Shown here in pieces: positions 10,828 to 21,500 of a DNA stretch of 30,980 bases (its first letter is position 1; every line of letters starts with the position of its first letter). This DNA comes from Fonticula alba ATCC 38817 (taxonomy: Eukaryota; Protista; Nucleariida). The position numbers and the translations under genes are program-made. The notes under the pieces are model-generated. The model saw only the letters and a program-made list of their open reading frames with translations. It was not told where the DNA came from and searched no databases. Location: NCBI GenBank assembly GCA_000388065.2, contig KB932211.1. The stretch is one strand, 5' to 3'.

Positions 10828-13405
10828 CAGCTGCTGGCGCAAGGTCCCCGCTCGACGCCCGGGCGGGGCCCACGCCCGAGGAAGCCGGCCCCCGGCCATC
10901 CTGGGCACCTTGAGAGGGGCATTTCCGCGCCCGGGGGTGCCCACTGGCGCACCCCCCCCCCTCCGGACAGGCGGCCTCCCGCTGGGCAGCGGCTCGGGCC
11001 ATGGCAGGCGCCTATCCCGTGCGCCTGGCGCTGCCCATGCCAGCCCGCAGCCCTTCTCGCGATCCCGGCATCCCGGGCGCGTGCACTCGAATAAACACCA
11101 AACCAGCCCATGTCACCGCGCCCGGCCGCCCCAGGCGCCGACATTCCGGCCACGGGCGGTGCGCCTGGCCCTCGGCCGTGCTCCCGCGAATGAGTCCCCC
11201 GCCGGGTGTGCCCGGGCGTCGCCATTGACTGGGCGGCTCGGGGCCCTTCCCACCGGGACCGGGCCACTGCCAAGCCCCCGCTCGCGGCCGCCCACCCATG
11301 AGAGCACGCCCGCCGGGCATGGCCGCGCCTCGGCCGCAGGGCGGGCTCCCATCCGGACCGCCGGGGTTGTCCCCCTGTGCCGCGCGCCGGGGCACTTGCT
11401 GTCGAAGGACCTCGGCCGCCGGGCCAAACGACGGCCCAGCCATGCGCCCATTGCCGGCCTCCCCTGCCCCGGCGCCGGTCCCGGGCCATGCCCCGCCCCG
11501 TGGCTTCCGGCCCTGGGACACCGGTCCTAGGGAGGCGAGGCGGCCGCGCCACGCCGCGCCGCGCCGCGCGCAAGCCACGGCTCCCGGCACGCGGGCGCCG
11601 CTCGGCCCGTGCCGCTCGCATCCGGCGCCAACGACCGCCCCGCCCCGGCCACCCCGCGATGGGCGGCTCGGCGGCCGAAGTCCGGTGCACACACACACAC
11701 ACGCACACGTCTCGCGATGGGCCCCGCCAGACCGCCCCCCTGGGCCATGCGGAGCCCCTTCGTGCGTTGGCACACCCGCGTATCACATGCCGGTGGTCAT
11801 GGGAAGGGCCCGAGCGCCGGAAAAGCGCCATTATTTAATACATATCAAGCTGAATATTGAAAAGGTGCCATCGGCCAGGGGGGGCAGAAGAAACAGCGCC
11901 GGACGCAACGCACCCCCCGGGGGCGCCGGACGGGGCCCGGGTATGAGAGCCGCCGGGGGCTCGCACTCGGGCGGCGACCGCCCGCGCCATTTGTATTTCA
12001 CCCCCATTCCCCCCGCCTCCATTCGGACCTCCTCGCCCCTCCCTTGGCCCTCCTCCGCGGGTCCCCTGCCCGTGCCCCGGTCCGCGCCTCGGCGAGCCCG
12101 GCTGCCAGGCTGGCCATGTACCCTGCCCCCTTCGGGAAGCCCAGGCCACGGCCAGGGAGATGAGCAGGTGGCCCCGGGTCCCGCGGGCGCGCGGCCCTCC
12201 GGCCGGATGCCGCCCTCGGCGTGGCGGGACCCGGCCCGCACCCCGGACGGCTGATCGGCCGACCGACCGGTCGGCCAGCACACGGGCGGCCATGTCCTGC
12301 TGATGGCCACCCGGCCACCCTCCTCACCGGGGCGAGTCCCTGCGCGGCGCCGGTGCCGCCGTCGATGCGCGCGCCCGTGGCTGGCCACCTCCCTGGCCGC
12401 GTGCTTTGCCGGCGATGCCGGCAGCATGACGCATGGCGCTCCGGGCCACCGCCGACCCTGCGTTGGCCGCCGGCCCCCGCGCCGGGCGCAACGCCCCGGG
12501 CCCCGGTCACTCGGGCAACCTTCGGGCCGCCCGCCCGCCCGCGGCAAGGGTCCCGGCAAGGCACGAGGGCCCGACAGGGGGCGGCGTGCGAGCCGGCTGT
12601 CCGCCCTGCGCGCGCGGCCGCTACCGGCCGGGCCTGCCCCACCTCTTGCGGGGGGACATGCCCCCCCCCCCCCCCCCATTGGCGCATCGCATCCTGGACG
12701 TGGGTGCCGGGACACGCCTCGTCATCCCGGCCAGGACCCTCGATCCCGGGGCATGCGCTGGTCCCGGGCGCCGGTGGGGCCGATCGCTCGCACATGCAAG
12801 TGGCCGCCGCCCGCGCGCCCCCATGCAAGCGGGCGCATTCTCCCGTGGCGCCTCGCACCCCGCGGTGACCCGATTAGACGCGGTGGCCGGGGCCGGGCAC
12901 GCCGCGCGCAAAGGCGTCGGCGCCCGGCGCGGCCCTCAGGCCCGTTGCCTGCGGGCCACGCACATGCGGCACCCCGCTGAATGGGGTGCCCTGTCGCGAT
13001 GACCCCCCTGAGGCCATTGCCCTTTCCCCCCGCTGGCTCGTCAATGCCCATCGGCTGGCGTGGGGGACGCCCCTCCCTCCGGGCCCAGGGGCGCCGTCCA
13101 TGGGGGGCCCAGTCCGACCGGCGAATCGCGGCCATCCGGCTCCGCGGCCTGCTCCCAAGGCGTCCGGGACGCTCGATTCCTTCCTCCCCCCGCCTGATGA
13201 AGGTCCCGCTGCGGGGGCCTCGCGCGCCCGGGCGCGCCGGAATGCCCGGGTCCCCTGGCCGGACAAACGGCCGCCCCCCACCACCCATGGCCGACGGATA
13301 TGCTCATGTGTGACGAGCCGCCGGCGGGCATCGATCTGCACGTCGGGCGGGCGTCTTCGCGTCCCGCAGTGCCAGATGGCGCCGCGGCCGCCGCGACCGA
13401 GGGGC

Positions 13406-13423
13406 CTCTCTCTCTCTCTCTCT
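13406..13423. repeat. (CT)9 microsatellite
   Basis: Read directly. Confidence 0.9.
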
Positions 13424-16400
13424 GTGCATGTCCCCCCCTCCCGATGCAGACACACCACACCACGAAGCCGCTCCTCGGGGCGGGGATGGCCGCGGCCCGA
13501 CGCGCTGGGCGGGGGGGGGTCCCGGTCGCGCCATCCGGCCCACCGTCGGCTGCGTTCGCTCGGTCCCCCGAGGCCGCCTCCCTTGGGTCCGGCCGGTGGG
13601 CAGCTGCCTGGCCCGGGCCGCGGCCCATCGTCGCGGGCCGATCCGACGCCAGCAAGCGCGGCCCCGCCCGGCGGGCCACGTCCGCTGGCCCCACACCGGC
13701 CGTGGTCCCTCCTGCTCGAGGGGCGTCGCCATGCGCCACACGCCCGGGCCCGTGGTGCGCCTCGACGCCCCGGTCCTTGGGGGATCCCCCCGCCAGCCCC
13801 CCCTTGGCCGGCAGCTCACCGCCCTCCCCCCTCTGGCGCCATGTCGACACTGGGCGCTCGCCATCGTGCCGCCGGCTCGCCCGGCAGGTGGCCACCCTGC
13901 GCTCGAAGTCGAGCCCCCACTCCCCGCCCTGGCGCGGGTCGATCCTCGCCCTGCATCCTGTGCCAGCCTGAAGCTGGGGCTTGCGCCGGGCGACCGTGCG
14001 GCCCGCCGCCACCGTCGCAGGGCCGCCAGGCACGGCGGCACCATGCGCAAAGGTCCCCTCCTCCTCGAGCAGCCCCGCGGCCGGGCCAGCGAGGCCTTTT
14101 CTTGGGCCCGGGTGCCCCTGCCTCGTCGACCGAGCTCCACCAGCCGGCACACTTGCGGCCCGTCTCCCTGGCCCCATCTCCCCCTCAGGCCGCCTCTCCC
14201 CGGCTCGGGCCGGGCCCTGCCCTGCGGCCAGCCGCCACCCTGGCCGCGAAGCAGGTCACGCGCCCCCGCCGGATGGCTTCGGGGATGCCTGGCCCCGGCT
14301 GCCGGTGTCCCCGGGAATCGGCCCCCTCGTGGGGCCCCCCGCGGCGTCGCTGGCCGGCACAGGCGGCGCCCTGGCTCGAGCGCAAGCCCCCGCATGACCT
14401 ACCTGCCCCGAGGCTGCCGCGCACCTCCGGCCCGCTCGCGGACACGAGGGGCGCATTCTCCCCCTGCGGCCTCCTCCCTGCCCGGGCCGGGTGCCCGTGC
14501 GTCCGGCCGTCCCGCCCCCCGGGCCCGCGGATGCCAGGCCGGCGCCCGCCGGCAGGCACACCCTGCCAGCGCCGGGCGCGGCGATCTCGGCCGCAGGGAT
14601 GGGCACGCCCCGGGCGCGCGTGGCTCTTGCGACATCGCGTCCGGCCGAGTCACCCCGCCGGATGTCCCCCCTCCGCGCCCTCTTGCCAGCGGCCCCCCAG
14701 AAACCGGCTCTCTTGGGGCGGACTCGCCGGGCGGCACCCCGCCCTCTGGCCGCCTCCTTCTCGTCCGAACCGCCTTCTCCTTGCGGGCCCGGAGACGGCC
14801 GGCCGACTCGCCTGCTCCCTGGCAGCTGGCCGGCGCGTCGCGTGGGAAGGCGTGTCCCGTCGGGCCGCCGAGGGTCCCAAGTGCGGCGCGACCATCCGGC
14901 GATGCGAGCTCCGCGGCGCCGGGCCACCCGAGCGCCCCTTGGCCGCGAGGCTGGGCGCCGCCTGGCCACCAGTCGGCCATACGGCCCGGCCAAGGCGGCC
15001 CCCGAGATGCATGCCGGGCTGGGCCACCAGCGGCCGGGCGAGCCGGGCCGCCGTTCGGCCTGGCTGCCGCCGCCGGGAGGGTCCCTCCGGGAGCCGAGCG
15101 CCTCGAGCCGGCCTGCGCCCGGACCGGTTCCGGTCGAGAGGATGCCCTTGTGCCCGCTGTGCCGCGCCCGTGCCCGCCCGTGCGCCCCCCCCCCCGTCCC
15201 GCCGGCAGCGAGCCCCGTGCGAGCCGCCTGGCTCCACGCCCCCCGGGCCGGCCAGCACCCGGCGCGCCGTCCCGGCCGGGACGCGAAGACTGCCGCCGCG
15301 CATGCTGCCGACCTGGGTGCAGCCCCCTTCACATTCACGCCCCCGCCACCCTATGCGCACCCGCGGGCCCCGCTTGCGCCGATCGCAAAAAACCCCGGCG
15401 CGGATGGCTGCGGCTGGGGCCAAGTGCGCTGGCGTGTGTGCGTGTGCGCGCGCGCGCGCGGCTGGGCCTCGAATCGCGGAAAGGCCCCCGGGCATGGTCC
15501 CCGGCCTGCACTGGCGCCACCGTCCCCGGCGGACGCCCACCCGGCAGGGTGGATGATCCCCCGGCCGGGGTGTTCCCCCCGGCGGCGTGCCAGGCGGCCG
15601 CCCCCCCACCCCAGGCGGCTGGCGCCACTGGCGCCCGGCCGGCTCCCTGCCTGCCGGGCATGCCCCTGCTGCCCTCCCTGCCTCGGAGGGCATGGTCGTG
15701 CTGCTGCGGCCTCTGCCTCGGGGGCTGTCCGGTCAGGTGGCTCGCCCGGGCCCGGGCGGGGCGCTCGAGCTGACGCAACCCGCGCGCCATCACAATGCGC
15801 CTCGGCCACGGCCGGTCCCCGGGCCGGGGCTGTGGTCCGCGGCTGGGCCGACGGCCGACTCCGTCTCGACGTGCCAGCCCACCGCCCCGCCCGGGGGTGT
15901 GGAGTGGGCCCGGCCGGGTGGCAACGCTGCGGCTGCCGCGGGGGCGCCTCCCCCCGGTGGCCGGTGTGGGCCGCGCGTCCATGCACGCCGGGGTGGATGC
16001 CATGCCGCCGGCCTCGCGCGGCCACCCCGCGCGCCAGCGTGCCACCCAGACGGCTGGCCTCGCGCGGGAGCGCACGCCGGCCGGCGCCCTGGCAGCCGGA
16101 CACACGGCCTGGTGCCTGGTCTCGGGGCCGGGGCCCGGGGCCCGCGCCGGTGTGCCTGCCGCGGCCCGGCCGCCCGGCACCAAAGCGCGCACCGGCGCCC
16201 GGCATGTGCGCGCCCCTTGCCAGGCGGCCCTCGGGTGCCCCTGGGTCTTTTGCGATCTCCTCTCGGCCGTCGGTTGGCCTGCCTGGCCTCTTTGGAGGCC
16301 ATGCCTTTGGCTGCGACCATGAGGACAATCCGGGCGCCTCGCCCTCCGCCGGGCTGCCTGCCCGCACGCTCCGTGTGTCGACTCCCCCTCCCGCCCTCTC

Positions 16401-18388
16401 TTCGCCAGCTTGTAGGGCGGGGGGGGCATTGTCATGGGTCTTGCTCCGCTCCAGGGTCGGCGCCGGTGGCTCCGCGCGCACCCGCCGGCGGCCCCGGCGT
16501 GGTGCCCAGCAAGCAGCCGACGGCCGACGCCCTGCGCCCCCTGGGGTAGCCCCTCCTGCACAATGGGCCCGCGCCACGCGCTGCCCACTCGCTCAAGCGT
16601 CCCGGCGCCCGGGGGTTCCCCAGGCAGGCCAGGCCAGGCACTCCCGGGCGCGAGAAAAGACCAGCCCCCCTCCCCGGGGGACTCGATGCGCGGGCGATCC
16701 GCGTCAAACTGCGCCCTCGGGCGTGTGTATATGTGTGTGTGTGTGTGTGCGCATGCCTATAGGGCTGCCTGTGGGCGCGCGTGTTCGGGCGGCCGCACGG
16801 GAAACGCTCCTTCGGCCTTTGGGCGCACGGCATCCCGAGCCATGTGCCCCCCCCCGGGCGCGCTCGTCGGACACCCAAGCAGGGGGGAGGGGGCCGCACC
16901 GAGTCACGGGCAGGGCCCCGCCAGCCGCGGGCCGCCACCCGCCCGGCGCACCGCAGGCAATGTGCGCCGGTGTGCGTGTCGGACAAGCAGCCGGGGCGCA
17001 CGGCCTTGTGGGGCCCTGGGGCGCCGTGCACATGCCCGCCGCCCGCCTTGCCGGCGCCCGCATGCCGGCCGGTGCCGGGCGACCCACTGCGAAGGAGGGC
17101 CCGTGAGGCGGGGCACCCGAGAGAAGGGGCGCCCGGGGGCCGCGCTGTCCGATGGAAAGCCCACTCCCGCCGCCCCCCCTCCCCCCCCCCTTGGGACGGC
17201 CGTGGCGCCGTCTCAGCCCACCCTGAGGCCCGGGCGAGGGGCGGGCCGCCCGGTCACACAGCGCGCCAGGGGGTGCCTGGCGGTGGCGAAAGACCGCACC
17301 GGGTCCAGAGCCGCGGGCGAGCCCCATCGCGTCGGCCTGCCCCGGGGCCCGGGCGAACACCCCATGCTGGGCCCTCACCTGCGCGTGATGCTGGCGGCCG
17401 CGCGGCCGACCCCCGCCCCGGAGCGTGAGGAAAAAAAAGGGCCGGGGCATGCATTCAACGTGCGCGGTGTGCCGGCAGCCCGGGGGCCGGCGCCTGCGCA
17501 GGTGGCACCGGCCCACGCGCCGGCTCGCCTCCAGCGGGCAGGACCCCGCACGCGCCCCACCCGGCTCGTCGGGGCCCGGGTCCACGCGCCGGCCCGTGAA
17601 AGCGCAACCAGGCTGCCCTCCTGTGCGGCGGCGGTCTGCCCGGGGGACCGTCGGCCGGGGCGCGGTCACGCCCGAAAAACAGGAAGCCCCCCCCCCTCCC
17701 CCCCCACGCCGACACACGCGCACACACGACCCGAGCATCCGACCCCCACCCGCCCCCGGGTGACGGGTCGGCAAAGATGCGGCGCGCGCGCGCGCGGCGC
17801 ACACGGTCCCCTGCACCAGCCCGGGATGCGGGCCGCGCACGCACACACACGCGGCCTGCCCTCGAACAGCCAACACCGCCCCCCCCCCCCCCACGCCACG
17901 CCTGCCCCCGCGCCAACAGCCAGATCCCAACGGTCCCGCTCGCGTGGCCCCCCATGGGAAACCGCCCCCGATGGCCAACTGCCCCGCCATCCTGGTCCCA
18001 TTCATTTGTTTACTGGCGCGCGGGCTGGCCACGGTCGGCTGGGCCGCGCGAGGGCGGCCGCCGGGTCGGGCACGCGCCTCGTAGTTGCCCCCATGCGTGG
18101 AGAGGTTGCGACAATCTCCCCAGGGGCCAACTCGCGGTAGGCGGCGCCGACCGGCAGCCCTCCTCCCCTGAATGAAGGGCCACACCACAGGCCCGGCTCT
18201 GCCGGCTGGCGTGTGGCCACACCTCGAGCAGCCACTCTCGCCCGGCACTCGGCCGGGGCTTCGGCCTGACCGCGGCCCCAGCGTGCCGGCCAGGCCCTGC
18301 ACCCTGCACCGCAAGAGCTCGGCACCAAAGACAGCGGCAAGCAGCGCGAGCGCACACCTGCCTCCCGAGGCCACCCCCGGCTGTGGCC

Positions 18389-18405
18389 TATATATATATA
18401 TATAT
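18389..18405 (+). promoter_or_regulatory. (TA)8T tract, candidate TATA-like core promoter of RK2
   Basis: The only long TA run in the spacer, ~165 nt upstream of the RK2 ATG in a very GC-rich background. The repeat is certain, the promoter role is inference. Confidence 0.5.
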
Positions 18406-18570
18406 GGCCGTGCTCCGGACCAGCCCATTGCCCAAGGCCGCTCCACCGTCCCAGCTCCCCCCCCCCCCCCCCGAATCCCCCTCCCTCACACACACACGCA
18501 CGCACGCACGCACAACAGCCCGCTGTCCGGCGCTCGCAGCCTGCACTCCCCACAGCGCAGCACTCCACAG

Positions 18571-21500
18571 ATGCGGCCCCTCCCGCTGTGGCAGCGCGCG
18601 CTGGCCCTGCTGGCCATGCCGCTGCTCGTGGTACTCCTGCACCTGTCCGGGGTCTCAAGCTCCAACGACCAGACCAATGTCTATCTTATTCCCTCGCCTC
18701 GGTCCTTTGGTCAAACCAACATGGGCTTTGGGTACTACCTCCCAAATGAGAAGATGGTTGCTCTCGATCAATATTATGGCGACTACACCACATACAAACA
18801 GTCCCTCAAACTTGACCTTTTCGGGGACATGCGTCTTGGGGTTCATTTCTCTGATGATGCCAGGACAATGTTCTTTTATGGGGTCTCCGGCTATACCCTG
18901 CTCCTGCCTGTCCCAAATGACCTGCCGGTCCTGGTCTGGCTGGACAACCGCACCCTCGGCATCTCCTCCTCGACAGCTGTGTATCCGTACGAGTTTTTCC
19001 CAGGGCAGCCTGTCTCCCTATTGCGTGCCAATGCCCATGGCCCCCTCGACGCGTCGGTTCTCCTGCGCCTCGGCAACGACACCCTGGTTCTCATGCGCTT
19101 TCAAAATGAAGTATGGACTCGCAGTGAACTGCCATTGTCTGCGACCACCGCCACGCCCGGCCTTCCCGGCCACTTCTTTCTGACTACCCCGGGCAACGAG
19201 TGGGTGTGGCTCCGGGATAATGGCACCTGGCGTACCATCTCCACCGGGGACGAGGCAGTCCTCAGCCTGTCGGCCACCCGCATCATGACCACCGACCCCA
19301 GCAAGATGGATCTGCTGGTCATCACTCCCCGGCGAATGCTCATCTACATTGGCTTGGGCAGCAACAGCACCTGGGAGCGAATCCTGGACACCATGCTGCC
19401 CACCGATCGCCAGGACCTGTCAGCTCAGCTGATCCCCGGAGTTGTCCACACGCCGCGTCCTCCGGGGTTTTTCTACCTTGTCAATCGGCCCTCACAGCTC
19501 TGGCGTGTGACGCCCCTCACCGGCGACGGCATGGCGTGGCAGCACATGGGCTCATATACACTCCCTGTCACGCCGATCCAGAGCATGGTGGCCATGGATT
19601 TGAGTGCCCTGCCCGGTGGCCGAGGGGAACAATGGGCCCTTACGCACGGTGACAAGCTATTAATGACCAACGAGGAGTTCGGCTGTCACACCGATGCCTC
19701 CATTGTCTGCGACCCCGCTTCGGGCACCTGGGGATGTGCCCCCGGTCGTCGCTACTCGCCACTCCGCACTGCGGGCGAGCTGTGTGCTGGCTGCGCGGAT
19801 GGCTTTTACCCTGTCATGGTGGGACCCCGACGCCGTGCGTGCTTTTATGGCCCAATCCCACTCCTTTCAAGCGCACTAACACGTTTCGTATACAGGTGAG
19901 TGTCGCCCTTGCACGGTGGACTACTGCCGCGTGTGTGCCGACAGCGGGCACTGCCTTGCTTGCTCTCATGGCTTTCTGCTTCGCGACCCCGCCGGCGGCC
20001 GTGCCACTTGCGTGCCGGCCTGTCCGCCAGGAACCATCAGCTCCGGCGAGGAGTGTGTCCCCAATACTTTGCCCGAGATCAAGATCGATGTGTCGAGTCC
20101 AATCACATTATCGTCTGGATCGATGGGCCTCATGACATTCTCGCGTATGTATCTCAGAAACAACCGGTTGTATGTTTCCAGCACGTCCTTGTCAACGAGT
20201 GGCCCTGGCTCCCTGCTAGTTGTACTTTCGTCAGGCCAACTTGTCTTGGGCAATGCCGATCAGCTGCGTGTCACTCCCCTCCAGCCACTACAGGTGGCCC
20301 CGATTACGGGCCTCCCTACTTTCACTTTTGTCAATGGACTTCTTGAGAGTATCCATGTCGCTGGACGTGATGTGCAGGTTGAAATCGAAATTCGTGAGAC
20401 GTACTCAGTGACCCGAGTGCTTTTGACCTGCACTCTCCCTGGCCTTGCACCCAATGACGAGTGTCAGTTGGCGGTCGCATCTGGCACCCTCTCAACGGCG
20501 GTCTCGGCCGAGGTGGACATTCAATCGGCATCGCCCCCCGGGGTGTCCTCAATTTCCGTGGGCCCATATCCGACTGAGCAGCTCTTTGTCGAAGCTAAGC
20601 CCACGACCACGATCAAGCAGTGGGACCATGCAGAAGCTCTCATGTCAGAATGGAGGTATTCTTTTGACTCACGGTGGGTGCTATTCGCGTGTCCCCTCGA
20701 CCCTCAGACCGCGGATGTCGATTCGCGCTGCATGAATGACGACGGCTGGCACGCAGCGACAGGTGGTACATTGGCCGCCTCGGTCCCTGGTTTGCCAGCC
20801 AAGATTGTGCCAGGCGACGAATGGTTTGCCGTAGCAATGCCAACAGGCCGTTCTCTTGGAGGAAGGACTCATGACATTGTCCTCGTGGGACCCGTCAATA
20901 CACCTCAGGGGCGTTACCTGGCGGCAAAGCACATCTCCCACGGTGGGGATGCCCAGGCCCGCACCCGCGACATCACGGGCTCTGGTCGCTTGATCGATGG
21001 AATTTCACAGTATACTCGAAGTTCCTTCTATACGGTCCTGGATCTCCATGATGTTGGGCATCCTGAATACCCCAGTGCCCTGGTCGTGGTCGAATCAGGC
21101 ACATTGGTGGTGATTCTGCTGTATTGCCCAGTCCACTTGCCGTGTCACCTTGGTCCTGCACGGATGGCATCTATTCCGTTCGATCATACATCATTGATTG
21201 CAGTGCTCACCGTCCCACCACCACTTGCCAGTGATAAGCCAACTATGCTATCTTTACTTGTCAGTCGAGGGAATAGCTCTTCCAGCGTCTGCTTTCGAGT
21301 GGACTTTGGCCTCGATGAATGCCCCCCTCGGACGTATGGGGCCACATGCCTTCCATGCCACGCTGCCTGCCAGACGTGCACCGGCCCGGCATCCACGCAG
21401 TGCACGTCGGCCCGGTGCACGTATTTCCTGCCCTCGCTGCCGAACAACTGTCTGGCGGCCTGCCCGGCCGGGCTCCATGCCGACGCCTCGGGCGCCTGCC

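Noticed and set aside
12986-17106. Long overlapping ORFs in the spacer (856, 781 and 871 aa)
   Set aside because: Open in several frames at once, biased to P/R/G/A, cross microsatellites, and show no consistent third-position pattern.
11090-18013. Forkhead-like motifs ATAAACA (11091-11097) and TGTTTAC (18007-18013), and AATAAA at 11090
   Set aside because: Isolated 6-7-mers in 10 kb with no independent support.
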